This document shows positions 50,331 to 64,000 of a DNA stretch of 64,000 nt, piece after piece (positions within the stretch are counted from its first letter, which is position 1; every line of letters begins with the position of its first letter). The position numbers and the translations under genes are program-made. Below the pieces are notes generated by a model, which had not been told where the DNA came from, ran no database searches, and worked only from the letters and a program-made list of their open reading frames with translations. The stretch is from Epiperipatus broadwayi (taxonomy: Eukaryota; Animalia; Onychophora), in the NCBI GenBank assembly GCA_028023455.1, contig JAQFVV010000002.1:6324001-6388000 (forward strand), written 5' to 3'.

Positions 50331-51720
50331 TCGTGCTTACTGTGTTCAAAGCACAGACTTATGAACTGGCTACTCATAAAATATTTGGATGTCATTGTTT
50401 TGATTTATAGTCATTATACTTATTATTTACATTTCTTTTCTTTTCAAAGGTTTATTTGGATACTAATAAAAAAATTTCCCACAACCATTATAAAATATTT
50501 TCTATTTTTAATCATTTTTCCATTATGCAATTCAAAGTTGTTATTATAAAGTCAAGCCTACTTGCCCATCTGATTAATAAATTAACTTTTATCAAGTGGT
50601 TCTTTGTTTTTTTTTTAGTATACTTAACTTGGTTGCATCTTATAAATATGTCCAAACCTTTAGCCACTTCCATAAAATGAAGACTTTTTAAGATGGCCTT
50701 AATGATTTTATAAGTTATGGTTTTACTTGGCTGGATAAAACTATTTATAATTTATTATTCAAATTTGTGGCAACACAAGGCAACTGTTAGGCAATGCTGT
50801 AGGGATATATTTACAAAATTCTTTCATTTGGCTATCTCACTATCTTCAAGCCTTATCTATCACATTGCTCATGGTTTCATTAAAATTATATATTTTAAAA
50901 TCAATATTGAGCACTTTCATCATGTAGACAGAGTTAATACACTTATGATAATAGTTGATTATATTTGCAATCTGTTACTCCTTGTATGTAATAAACTTCC
51001 CTTTTAGATGCAATAGTTCACTATTCTTTTTTCAGTCAAACTGAAAATCTTTTTCATAAGCTAGATATAGATAGTACCTATTCTGTTTTTCTTCTATTGT
51101 TTCCAAGATCTATGTTTCATGTAACACTTATTTCTGTTTATCTATATGTTCACTTTCTATTTATACTTCCTCTTTAATTTCTTTTATAACCACACTTTTG
51201 TGATTTCATTGCTATCATTATCACTTTTATAATCTTATATTAACCTTTTTACTTTATCCATATTTTGCAATATCATCTCATTTCATTCTTGCTGACTTTG
51301 ATGTATCTGTTCTATGAACTCCTGCTGACTTTCTTTTAATTCCTGTCATCTTGTTTTATTTCTCACATTATCTTCACAAACATTTGTATCTGCTCATTTG
51401 TTAAACTGTTAGTTGGCTTCTCAATCTCCATTTTGGAAAGACAAGAAAAGATCAAAAACTTAAGTAAACTTTTCTATTTTCTAATCTATTGTATATATTT
51501 TTTATTTATTTTTTTACTTACTTGGTGATCATCTGATCTTCCACACCCTAAATTATCTGCCTGCTTATTTATGATTCCTATCTTTGCTGTTTTCATATTG
51601 ATATTTTTACATATCTACCCACAATTACTTATTTATTTAGTATAGACCTTATCTTTTATTTTAACCACTTCACATATAAATATATTTTTATTTGTCTAAC
51701 TAAAATAATGTTATTTTGAT
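50331..51720 (-). mobile_element. Possible internally deleted relative of the minus-strand Gypsy
   Basis: Shares a 3' motif with 54458-54493 plus weaker flanking similarity; Glu/Gln-rich gag-like stretch at ~51250-51360. Confidence 0.3.
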
Positions 51721-51790
51721 GTTGGCTATTTTCTCCATTCTTGCATCTCTTGCCACATTTTAAACTTTTATTTTATTATTATTATTATTG

Positions 51791-51981
51791 TAATTATAAA
51801 TTTATTAAACGCACATTGATTACGTAAGTAATATTTACTGAGGCTATAACCTCGATAATTATGTATTAGTTGATAGTATTACTTATAGGTGTTATTATCC
51901 CATGGTAAGTTATGTGGTTATCATTATTAGTTATTATTATTATTATTATTATTATCGAGGTTATAGCCTCAATAAATATTA
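51791..51981. mobile_element. Short sibling of the 40.4-kb foldback (same tail plus 31-bp inverted arms) in a (TTA)n tract
   Basis: tataaatttattaaacgcacattgattacgtaagtaatatttactgaggctataacctcga matches 40412-40470; arms 51829-51859 and 51951-51981 match 30/31. Confidence 0.85.
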
Positions 51982-52224
51982 TTATTATTATTATTTATTT
52001 GATGGCTGCTATTTTAAGACTACAATTTAATAATTACTTGATTAAATATTTAAATTCAATACAATAGAATGGAATCATTTGGTCATTCATGTCGAAGTGA
52101 CATTTATAATGGGTACTTCAGGCATCTATATTGGATAACATTTTATAATGGAAATTTCAGGCACCCTTCATGGATATTACAATATATTGTACTGATAATC
52201 TGAGGTACTACCTCTAAATATAAC

Positions 52225-53700
52225 TGTAATGGGGTTTCTCTCCTTTATAATTTATTCTATGGCTATTATACTTATTCATTATTTTACAGGCTATTATACT
52301 TATTCATTATTTTACATTATTAGCACATATGATCTTTAATATTTTATTTTAAAACTCCATTATTCAAGCAAAGTAATAAATATGATCAATACTTACATAT
52401 TAATCATACCCCCAGTCAGACCAAGATTTAATAAAATATGAAAAACATGGTCACTTTTCCAGACTGAAGTACAACCTCCACACTTCAAGAAACATGACAT
52501 ATCTCATGGAGATATTTATAATGGGTTTTAACACTATGGGCATTATCCAGCTTTAGTCTGGACCCCATGAGACAACATAAACACAACTCAAGTGCTCGAC
52601 CCTTGGCTAGCTATTAAAACATGAAATAGACATAACACAGACTATCTGAATAAGATTATTTACCCATTGTTAAATTGAGAGAGAGAGAGAGAGATAAACT
52701 TAAATCACACCAATAATTTACACATATTTATAAAAAAAACATATAGGGAATGTTTAACATTTTAAACCACAAATATAAACACTTATTAAACTACAATATT
52801 TTAACATTTGTGCCTATTTACATGTAGTTAAAAGTTAATACTAGCAAATGATATTTAAAAATTCTATCTAGAATAAAATTTAAAAATTCACACTTGAAAT
52901 AAAAGTTCTATTAATAATGTCTAGATGTATTTACATAGGGTTTTTTATACAGTATCTGGGTGATTACCCCTGTTTTTTGATCCTGTAAGATTTATAATGG
53001 GTTAGTCTTGGTAGTAGCTTAGTTCATGGCAGGTAAAACATTAGCAAAGGTGAATCAGAGATATATATTACTGCATCTGGCTATTGGTGCTCAAGAGATG
53101 GATGCTGGAAATGAACAAACACTCAGATTTGGTCTAGCAATGCATTTTTCTATCATTTTTTAGCCACTTGTAGACTTTTCAGTGGACTGCTAACTCTCTA
53201 GTCATTTAACTTGATTCTCCATCAACTATTGATATAAAACTCTTACTGGCTTTTCTGCTTTTTTTTCCTCTTCTGACCTTGTACAATAGGCATTTGCTGC
53301 ATTTATACTCTCTGACTCCACCCATTGCTTGAATTCCTACCCATGATATCAAGTCATTAATTTTTTTAATTAGTTACATTGTTTTTTATTTATATTTGTA
53401 ATTACAGAGAAATTAGTTAACTATTGTTAATTAATCAGTCTGAATTTATGTCCAGAAACTGAATACATCTTCTACAGATTTGTTTTCAATTAAATGTTAA
53501 ATTTTAATACACAAAAGAAATGAAAGATAAGATATAATTAGAATTTTAAGATCCTCAAGATTTGTCCTTTTTTTTTTTTAATTTTTTTTCGAACTATAAA
53601 ATATTGAAATAATTTATTTTATTTTATTAATATCACATAACTTGTATATACATATGTACTTATGTACTGTATATATATACACATACATTGTTACATTACA
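52225..53700 (-). repeat. 3' LTR (1476 bp) of the minus-strand Gypsy
   Basis: TGTAAT...ATTACA inverted termini; PPT (minus GGGGGAGGG, 53701-53709) abuts it; homologous to 62700-64000. Confidence 0.85.
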
Positions 53701-54754
53701 CCCTCCCCCAATTGAGGATTTAAATGTATCAATCCCTTCACTTAGGTATTTACCACTTTGAATTCTTAATAAAGTAAACTTTAATAAAAATTTTAACATG
53801 TATGTAGGTTTTTCTTTTACTATTATTGTTTATATATTTATACATGTATGTAGGTTTTTCTTTTACTATTATTGTTTATCAACAGGTAACATAAAGAGAG
53901 GTATCCATTAAAGTACTAGGCAATTCACCCACAGATCGATTTTGCATTGATTAAACCAACTTTTAATTTTTTGCGGAAATTGAGACTATAGCCTGGGGTA
54001 ATTTTATGCACTACAGATAATGAACATGGACTTTAAATCTACAAATGGCAGGACTTCTACTAGAACATTTGACTTATGCAAATATTTTTTTTTTATTAAG
54101 TTATTGAGAATTTTTCTTCCAGATTTATTATTACTAAACTAGAACTTTTTCTACTGAAGCATCATCATCAATATTTAATCTATGCAAATACCCATCTGTA
54201 AAATAAAGTTGCCACAAGAAAAGGCTTAATCCAATTCAAAATATATGAAATTCCTATCTTTGCCCATATACCCTCACACATCTTAATCTTTATTCAACAT
54301 TTCCTGACATTTGATAATGATTTGTTTTCATTATTATTTTTAGCATTATTAGTTTTACATTTATTTATTTAATTTTTATTTTAAACACATTATTTTTAAT
54401 CTATTTTACTATTTTTCTTTTCTTTTTTTTTAAATTTACTTTTATATATTTATTTTGGTCGTGCTCAACAGTGTTCATAGCACAGACTTATGAGTTGGGT
54501 TTCTTATAACAATAAAGGTAGATATAATCGAGATGGTTGCCATTGGTTTTTACTTTTTTGAAATTTTTATAACTAAATTCTCTTATTTAAATATTTATTT
54601 TTATTATTTATTAAAACTAAAACTTTGGGAATCATTTTCCTTTATTCAAAATCACTGGTTTTTACTGATTGAGTCAAGCTGGCATAGCCATCAAATTACA
54701 TATTTAATTTTTATCTGGCAATTCTTCATTTTTCTTTCCTCTAATTAACTTCAA

Positions 54755-57700
54755 TGACTGAGCACTATACATTCCTTTTTTATATTGTCTTTGGCTATCA
54801 CAAAGTGTTGTTGTCATATTGACAAATTATAGTATAGGAGCCTTCATAAATTGGCCGAAGTTTTTTATAATATGTTTCTGAGGATGACACACAGGTTTAA
54901 CTCTGACCATGACTCGACCACCCAACTGAAACATCTGATGACTGTATTTATTTTGCTTTTTTTCCTTATGTTCCCTGATTTTATAAGATAATTCCAGGCT
55001 TTTATAATATCATTTTCTATGTGAGGAAGAGGAGTGGGCAACTTAGTTTTTAACAGATATGGTAGTTTTTTCAAAATGGAGATGAATGGGTTCAAACCCA
55101 GTTGATTCATGCCAATTGAAAGTTGACTACTTGTTTAATTTTCTTACCCCACCCTCAGTGATTAGTATTTATATATACCCTAAAAAACCATCCCAATTCC
55201 TGGATGATTCATTCACACAGATTGGACAAGGTTTCTTATTGAGGTTAAGATATGTTTTATCTCCCTTTTTTGTTACCCATTTTTTCTTGATATTAATGGG
55301 GTCCCATGATCTGAAATGATTGACTCAGGTACTCCAATGGTACTAAAATACTGCTGCTCTATCAAATAAAATGTCTGTTTTGTGTTTGCTTGTGATATTG
55401 GATGTGCAGCAACTAATTTTGAAAGTAAATCATAAAACACCTCATTCTCTTAAACAGAGGGAGTGGTCCATAGTAATGATTGCTATTATTGAATTAGGTT
55501 GTTGAGAAATTATAGGCTTCAATGGTTCCATACATGATTTGTTTAACGGTATTGTCCTCAGACATATTTTACAATTATTAACCATGGGAAATATGCAGGC
55601 ATACATTTTCAGCCAGTAAAACAAATTATTCAATATTTTTTCCATTTTACCAGCTCCATAGTGTCCATACAATCGATGAATATATTTAATTTGACGATTG
55701 CATAATGTGACAGGAATTGCAATATGTTTCTATTCATTCCCAGTTTTATTTTTTCTATACTGCAATAGTTCCTTCTTTGATGCAGTATCTTTTCCTATCC
55801 TTCCTCATGGAATTATTGTCACTTCTAATCATAAGCTGCTTCATAATGTTTTGATTATTTGGTGACAATCCAGATCTTCTTGCTGTCTTTCTTTTATCTA
55901 TTGAAGATTATTCTCCACAGATTCATTTATATCTGTTTCCAATAGCACAATATGTACATTGTCAGTGCTTAGATAATGCTACTAATGTGGAGCTGTGTAG
56001 CAAATTAATATGTCTGTGACTAAATTGTCATTGCCTTTGCAATATTGCACAGTATAATTGAACTCTTGCAAAACTAGGCTCTACTTTATTAACCTGCTAT
56101 TTGTTAAGTAACTATGATTTAAGAATGGTAGACTCTTTTGGTCATTTATCACAATTAATCTCCGATACTATAAAAAATCGATGAAATTTTTTGAAAGACT
56201 CCAAACTATTGCTAAGGCTTTTTTTTCTGTCACTGTATAATTTACTTCCAGACCTTTCAATAACTGACTTATGAAAAAAAGAACACCAGGTTGGCTATTC
56301 TCTTAACCTAAAACAGAGTAGCTCCCAATCCGGATCCACTACTGTCAGTTGTATGTAAAAAGGCCTAATTAAATCTGGGTATAATAACATGACTTCTTTT
56401 TAAAAAAATCTTTTTTATCATTTTAAAACTATTGTCATGCCGGGCAGTCTATTCCCGTATGGTATCTTTTTAACAATTGAAAAAGGATCCATACCACACA
56501 ATTTTTTTATAAAACCTATCATGGAAGTTGCACAACTCTTGGGCATGGGAAAATCTTGAATTGCATGTATCTTATCAGGGTGTGGGTAGAATGCCTTCTT
56601 CACTAATTATATGGCATAGAAATGTTACTTCTATGGCAACTAGCTTTTTAAATATTCCTTTCTTTTGACATTTCACTGAATAAGTTTTAAATGTGTAAGT
56701 GTTCATCTATCTTAGATGACACCACTACTATGTCATCGACATACATAGCTATTAACTGTTTGATCATGTTGAACAGCAGTTTAGCTAGACACTGAATTAG
56801 CTCTGCCCTGCTATTTTTTAGACCAAATGGTATTTGATTGAAATGATACGAATGTCCATTTGTATTTAAAAGTGTGTATTTCTAATCCAAGGGTTGTAAC
56901 TTTATTTGCCAGTAACTGGGTTAGATTGAAAGTAGAAAACTTTTTATTTTTAAATTTAACTAATTCATGAATGAATGGAGATGCATTACTATTGGGTCAA
57001 ATCAGGTTAATTGCCATCCTTTTTTTACCATTCCTATTGGGTTGTTAAATGATAAGGAGAATTTTGATAATACTCCCCACTCCATCATTTTTCTCTCTGT
57101 TTTTCTACTTTCTCCTGTATTGATGAAGAACGGGATATGAATGAGCTTGGTAAGATTGGTCCTTCATGATCCTTATTCCATGCTCATATCAATGGATTAT
57201 CCCTGGGATATCAGAGAAGACATGTTCATAATCCTTCACTAGTCATTCTATCATATTTTTCTGTTCTTTACTTATGATTTGTAATCCATCTAACTTTAAC
57301 TGTGTTTCAGGCTATGGCAAACATTTTGTATGCAGAAGGCAGTGGCAGATTTACACATTTCTTGAGGTGAGAAGGTCAACACTACTTCATCAAATACTAT
57401 TTGATTTAATAATTCATAATACCACCTGTTCTGTGTATGAAAATCTAACCTGAGTATAATTTAATGTATTAAACCTTGTAGAATAAGAAGAATGTCGCCT
57501 TCTTTCTCTATCCATCTCTGACCAGATTTGTTTTGATGCTAACTTAGCTTTTTTATTATTTGCAAAGTAACATGAACTGTTTTAATGAAGATATTAATAC
57601 TAGGGTTCAAATGTATAATCAGCTCAAATACATTCTGAGAAATTATGGACACTTGCTCCGTGAGTCAATAGTGATCCGGTATTACTTCTTCTACCACTAT

Positions 57701-57800
57701 TTTTACTTTTTGGACAATGCTGAGGGGCTAGCTTAAGCTCTGTCTCATCCCAAATACATATTAAATTAGCTATTCATAGTCTATATTTATTTCATTCATT
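54755..57800 (-). pseudogene. pol: pol of the minus-strand Gypsy, many stops
   Basis: Motifs above in PR-RT-RH-IN order; C-terminal KLRPIYEGSY resembles a GPY/F region. Confidence 0.88.
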
Positions 57801-57899
57801 ATTAGGATTTTTTATTCTCTCCATTCTCTCCCCTGACTCACATCTGGGCCTCATAACAGAGATACTTTAAAGAGGTCCTTTCTTGTTTCCCTCTCTCTA

Positions 57900-59355
57900 C
57901 CCTTTTGACATTTTAGAACTGTTTTTGAATAATCACTTCTAGGGGATTGTGAATCACCCCTTGGCCTTTCTTTCTGCTTTGCATGAGTGATATAAGAATC
58001 ACTTCTGGCTCTTCTAAAAGATTTTTGTTCTTTCAGGGCTATTGGAGATCATTGTCTTTGGGCTCCACTCACTGAATTGATTTATGGCATTTATAGCGGG
58101 CTCTCTGGGTTGGGGTTTAAATCCCCTATCTATCACATCATAGGCAGATCTGGTACTGTCAAAAGCACTTAGCAACTTGGCCATTTGTTCTACTGTTTTT
58201 TTTTTGTTACCTATAAGCGTTTGCTCGACATTATGAGGGAAATTGTGATGCACTATCCAAATAATCTGTTATTTGGATGGTGGGTTGACCATTAAGGAAT
58301 GTAATTTTGCCACTTGCCTTCTGAAGAAATGACTTGAACTGTTCACTAGGCCACCATTTACTCTTGTGACACCTGGTGACAAATATTTTCTTGGCAATTC
58401 TCACTCCAATAGCTAGCTAGTAATGCTTTTTTATATTCGGTGAAAGTGACAGGTTTCTTGTATAAAAACTCACCAAGCTTGAGACTCCCCTTGGAAAAAT
58501 CTGCATGCAATCATGCTCATGGCCTCTTTACCTAGCTGATTTAAGGTGAAATATCTCTCCAGGCTATTTAAGTGATCTGTTGGAGCTTCACCTATGTGGC
58601 CAGAAAATAATTGCAATTTTTTTAGAATTGATTTACATTTGTAGGGTTATTTAAGGCGTGCACATTTGCATTTATACTTGCCTGCTCGGAATTATTTACT
58701 TCGATAGGCATCTTTCTTTCATCTAATGTCTTAGCTTGCCTATTGCTACCTTTGCTAATATTTATTTTATCTATTTTCTCTGTTATCAAATTACTAATTT
58801 TGACTTTAATGTCTTCAATTATTTTTTTATTTTCTATTTTAGTTTCCTCTACCACTTCTTGCACTAGCCCTATATTTACCTCATGTTCTATTTAATTTTT
58901 TTTCTATTATTTGGTATATTGTCTCAGTTTGATTTTCAACTTGCATTTTATTTTCATTTATTTCTCTCATGATTTCTTCTTTCATTTTATCATAGCCTAG
59001 TCTGATTTTATATTTTAATTTTTTTGTATTTCAGCTTGCCCTTCTAATTTTCTGTTTGTTTCATTATTCTGATTTGTTAGCTCTTCAGCCATTTTTATAA
59101 TTTTCTTCAGCTGCTTCTTTTTATTTGGGAGGGGGGTTCGTCTTGGCCATTTTTTAGTTTTCTTTGGCTGTTTCTTTTTGTTGATTTTCAGTTCTTTGGC
59201 TTTTTTTTAATTTTTTTCAGCTTGTTTTTCCAACATTCTGGTTATCAGTGCTATGGTATCACTATTTTCTTGTTGTTTGAGACTTCTTTCTTTTTGTTTT
59301 CATTTTTTTGTTCCTCACTGGGAACATTTTCTATTCCATTACTCTGAACCTCCAT
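57900..59355 (-). pseudogene. gag: gag with N-terminal Lys/Glu coiled-coil region
   Basis: MEVQSNGIENVPSEEQKNENKKKEVS..., ORF fragments 58622-58864 and 58014-58253, Gypsy capsid-like W...F-EYK--LL--YWS. Confidence 0.75.
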
Positions 59356-62123
59356 TTTAGCTCTTTTTCTTGTAATAATTTATGATTTCTAAAAAAAAAA
59401 CTTTCTTTTTCTTTTCTATTTTTTTATGATACCTTTTGGTTTTTAATAAACTATTTTATTCACCACCTATTATCCGCTATACTAATTCATTTGTTTCTTA
59501 AAGATTTATGTTAAATATGAGTGGTCACCCAATTTTCCCCATCATTCTCCCCATCACACCATTTGCCTGCAGATTTCTTACTTTTACCAATGCCTACTTG
59601 CACTTATTTATTTATTTTATCTACTACATATATATATATATATATTGTAGCAGTCTGCTCATTCCACCCTTTATGGTCTTATAAATCTTTTGACCCACAT
59701 ACGCACCGAGCATGAAAGTGACATATGTGATGAAGTGAAATAACGATAACAATTCTCCTGTGATATTGATGGTTAAATATGAAAAGCAAATATCCCAAAA
59801 AAAATTATTAGAGGAAGGAGATACAACCTAAAAAAATGAGGTCAATCAGAACCTTAGCTGTTATATCATCCCACACCAGTCCGATTAACTAAATGGTGGT
59901 CACTCTTTTAATTTACACACCTTTAAAAGTACTAAAATATTTTTATTTAGCCTTTCACACCACCCTCACAAAGAAATGTATGACCCTCCCTTTTCCTTCT
60001 CGAGAGAGTGTGCAAATAAAATGATCACAGTTATATATCATAAGAAAAAAAAATTAAATATGTTCGGACATAAAATGTGAGACAATATAACCCCCCGGTA
60101 AGTTATCCCTATCTAGCTCATAATTTATTTTCCCTATCTCAGGTTAATGATTGGTTCCACCTGTTTACTTGAAATAATTCCAGTTACATGCTAATGATTG
60201 AATAAGTAATTTGAACTAAGCAAATAAGAGTGGCAAACCATTTTTTAATAAAAAAAAAATTACTCTTTATTATAACTTTTAAATGTTTTATCAGGTTAAT
60301 GATTTTATATAATTAAAGAAAAATATAGTACTTAGATTAAACATCTATTTACAAAAAAGATTTACACAAAGAAAATGTCATTTTAAAAATAATTGCATAA
60401 TGGATGTGATCTATACCCCTTTCCCCACTTGAAAAATAATAGTTTAAGAAACAAATGTATGTAATAAATTTCCTTACAAAGAAACATAATTCATATAGAT
60501 ATTAAATCCATTTAAAAGAAAAAATAATACACTATTTTACATGCATGTCTACTGATTACCTCTAGGATCAATAAATTATTAATATTTTTATGCATCTTTA
60601 TGTTTTGGTGCTTAAATATTTATACAGATACACATCTACATTTATTTATTTTAAATGTATAAAATGATACCTAATAAGAAATAATATGGCTAAAGGATAC
60701 TCTACGTAAGGTATCACCATAGTAAAGGATTATGAGGTAGAGATTCTCCACGTAGAGAATCTAAATGAGACATGTGTGCAATTATTATATAAGTGATATG
60801 AAGATTACATAAAATATTATAGTTACAAGTATATAAAAGAAACATATTTTTGGGTTATAGAATAAAAAATAAATAAATAAATAAATATCAAGAGATCTAA
60901 ACTCATCTGTATTTACAACTGTTATCAAGTTCGACTTCGAGTGGACCACACAAGCTACTCCATAGGGCAGACAGGGCTTCCTTCTCCATTACACATATCA
61001 AAGAGTCCTTGTTATCAGGTCTTGGGTGGCTTTTTTTAAGACATTGTAGGGCTTCAGGGATGAACTGGCGGTGTACTGCTGTTGGTGACCTACTCCATGT
61101 TTTTTTTGTATGCTGGAACAACTATAATGGCCATCTCTATTAGGTACTTGTTTGAAGATTTATAGTTGTACTTCTTGTTGGTAGATAGGTTTTAATACGA
61201 CTGATTTTTATTACCTCTTTCATGCCTTTCTTCTTTTTAATTCAGCTTTCTTTAAATTCCTTTACGATAATATAATATCGGATATGTTGAGTTTTAAAAT
61301 TCATTTTGATTACTAGGCATTTCTTCACAGTGATATAATATCGGATCTTACTGCTTCCTTAGACTGCTCATAAGAAACTTTGATTTTCTCCCAAAATCTA
61401 CGGTCTGCCTGCTTGGATTGATCATGAGTAATTTTTAGTTTTTCTTTCTTTTTCAAAGTCTACAGTCTGCCTGCTTGGCTGCTCAGGAGCGGCTGACTCT
61501 CCCCACCTAATAGATAGCACATATGGTCTCCTTTCAGCCAATTAAACTACCCCCCATGAGCTATTGCATCAGCCTGTAATAATTTAAAATATACTTTATA
61601 CATTCCTTAATTTTATTTGTTACAAAGTATACCTTTTTAATCATGGAAATTATACAGTTTCCATCTTAATTAATTAGAGCACCCATTATGCTTCATTATA
61701 TTAGATAAAATCAACTTTTAATTTTTTATCTTTAAAACAGATCAAAAGAACAAATTTTCTTTTACCACAAAACATTCCTTTCCATCTTTTGTTCTTTTTA
61801 TATAAAAAAAATAAATTCCAATTTACCAAAACTTTTCTTTATAATTACCAAAAACAAAATCCATTATAATGAAAATATAAAATTTGACATTTTTTTTTTT
61901 AAAAAAAAAAAAGAAAAACATTTATTTAAAAATATCAAAAAAAAAAAAAACACTTCTGGATAAGTATACCGGAACATTACAAATAAAATAAAAATGTTTC
62001 CAACATAAACAAAAGTCATTAACTTAAAACTATTCTTTATGTAGTTTTTTTTTATAAGATAAATTCATTAATAATACAACACATACACTTGTACTGTGGG
62101 TGAAATGGAAATATAGTATAGAC

Positions 62124-62494
62124 CAGGGGTCCCTCAACTTTTTGCACTTAAGAGCACATTCTATAATACCGGCCAGGTGGCGGGCACCATTTATTTTTCA
62201 ACCAGATGGTGGGCACCATTTATTTTTTCAATGTAAATTTATAGTAGGATATTGTTAATAATACACATAATGTACAAAAAAATTTTTATTTCAAAAATAA
62301 ATTTTTTAACATATAATTAACATTTATATTTTTACGCTGTAAAAGTATAGTATGCCCTACAATTTGATTACAATATAATACGATAATTTATAAGAAATTT
62401 TAAAAATTAAATTTATTTGTATCAGATAAATAATTTTTTATCGTGTTCAGATAGGGGCGGGCACACGTAAAATGGTCTGGGTTGGGGACCCCTG
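62124..62494. mobile_element. hAT (Charlie-like) non-autonomous element, 371 bp
   Basis: TIRs CAGGGGTCCCTCAAC / GTTGGGGACCCCTG, perfect 8-bp TSD GTATAGAC, internal duplication of gggcaccatttatttttcaa. Confidence 0.92.
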
Positions 62495-62699
62495 GTATAG
62501 ACCAAATCCAGTTATTTACTTCACATATATAAACATTTTTACACGTGTTTTAATTATGATCTATTTCTTTTACATATAAAATTATTATTAGTGTTGTTTG
62601 TTCTATTCATTTTACTTTAATTATTATATTTCTTTATTTCTGTGTGCCAGTTATTTATATTACACATTTTTTAGAAAATTAAAACAAATATTTGAGCTC

Positions 62700-64000
62700 T
62701 GATATTGAACAATCCTCCTTTATGATTTATTCTATGGTTATTATACTTATTATTTATTATTTTACATTATTAGCTTATATGATATTTAATTTTATTTTTA
62801 AGACCCCATTATTCAAGCAGAGGAGTAAATATGATCAATATTTATATATTAACCATACTCCCAGTCAGACAGAGATTTAATAAAATATACAATATGTGGT
62901 CACCTTCCAGACTCATGGAAATATTTATAATGGGTTTTAACCCTATGGGAACTATTCAGCTTTACACTGGACCTCATGAGGTGACATGAACATGTCTCAA
63001 GCACTTGACCCTTGGCTAGGTATTAAAACATGAGCTAGGCATCACACAGATTATATAAATAAGAGATTATTTATTTACCCATAAGTACATTGAGAGAAAG
63101 AGAGAGAAATGTAAACCACACCAATAATTTACACTTACTTATTAAAAAGATAAAAACTTATAAGGAATTTTAGTATTTTTAAAACACAAATATGAACACT
63201 TATTAAACTGCAATATTTTAACAATTGTGTTTATTTACATATAGTTAAAAGTTAACACTAGAAATGATATTTAAAAGTTCTAGCTACAATAAATTTTGAA
63301 AGTTCACACTTCAAATAAAACATAGAAGTTCTATTAATGATGTTTAGACAAATTACCTATGGTTTTTTATATAATATCTGATGGACACCCCTGTTTTATG
63401 ATCCTGTCAGATTTATAATAGGCTTCTTTTAGTAGTAACTTAGTTCATGGCATGTAAAAACCTTGAGCAAAGGTGAATCAGAGATATATATTACTGCATC
63501 TGGCTATTGGTGCTCAGGATATGGGTGGTGAAAACAAACCAACATCTCTACTTTGGTCTAGCATGCATTTTTCCATCAACACAACTGTAAAAAGATTGTT
63601 TCACCTTTATGGACTGTCATTTTTAGCTGCTTGTAGACTCTTCAGTGGATTGCTAACTGACTTTGGTCAAATTCTGATCACTTAACTCAATGGATTTTCT
63701 ATAGATTCTTTGGTCAACTATTATTGTAAAACTCTCACTGGCTTCGTTTTTTTCTCTTTTGACCCTGGACAATAGGCACTTACAGCATGTATACTCTCTG
63801 ACTTCACCCATTGCTCAAATTCCTACCCATTCATTTGATCTTTATTTTTTTAATTAGTTATATTGTTTTTGTTTTTTATCTTATATTTGTAATTACACAA
63901 AAATTAGTTAACTATTGTTAATTAATCAGTCTGGAATTATGTCCAGAAACTGAATACATCTTGTACAAATTTGTTTTCAATTATATGTTAAATTTTAATG
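62700..64000 (-). repeat. LTR homologous to 52225-53510, truncated by the window end
   Basis: Colinear similarity (~80% by eye, with indels) from ctcctt at 62715 to the window end. Confidence 0.85.

Larger units (their letters stand above)
52225..59355 (-). mobile_element. Decayed Ty3/Gypsy LTR retrotransposon; 5' end unresolved
   Basis: gag (QLFSGHIGEAPTDHL...FTEYKKALLASYWS), PR IDS(G)AS with frameshift, RT YVDD 56732-56743, RH TDSSGSGLG across a shift, IN GHYGAGK...CKIC and ISDHGT. Confidence 0.9.

Noticed and set aside
53710-54750. env-like third ORF in the minus-strand Gypsy
   Set aside because: No open or signal-peptide/TM-bearing frame; reads as AT-rich 3' UTR with a 38-bp direct repeat (53796-53879).
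59400-62120. 5' LTR/PBS of the minus-strand Gypsy
   Set aside because: TG starts at 59646 and ~61576 are not homologous to the 52225 LTR and have no adjacent PBS; short internal direct repeats at 61260-61500 are noted but unassigned.

Overview
Very AT-rich eukaryotic DNA, most likely from an invertebrate animal (inferred from the TE families and ~60-nt GT-AG introns). I found no intact, recognisable host gene. Main content: (1) a local segmental duplication (~0.3-9.6 kb vs ~10.75-15.2 kb) overlapping a decayed, unidentified multi-exon gene that continues to ~17.7 kb; (2) Penelope-like (GIY-YIG) remnants with an inverted terminal repeat that contains tRNA-like A/B boxes; (3) five degenerate minimal type-I hammerhead-ribozyme-like motifs (14.6 kb, 24.5 kb, and three in a direct/inverted repeat cluster at 28.6-29.8 kb); (4) a near full-length Mag-type Ty3/Gypsy element (38,493-44,219) nested in an RTE LINE and itself interrupted by a 377-bp hairpin element with a one-sided 33-nt tail and a 13-bp TSD (sibling at 51.8 kb); (5) a second decayed Ty3/Gypsy on the minus strand (52.2-59.4 kb) plus a related LTR at 62.7-64 kb; (6) two hAT MITEs, a TA-flanked MITE and two TG...CA-bounded inserts in (TA)n tracts, one of 5.0 kb carrying spliced gene fragments. 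Old TEs look CpG-depleted, suggesting TE methylation. All identities are by-eye estimates; no alignments or database searches were run.
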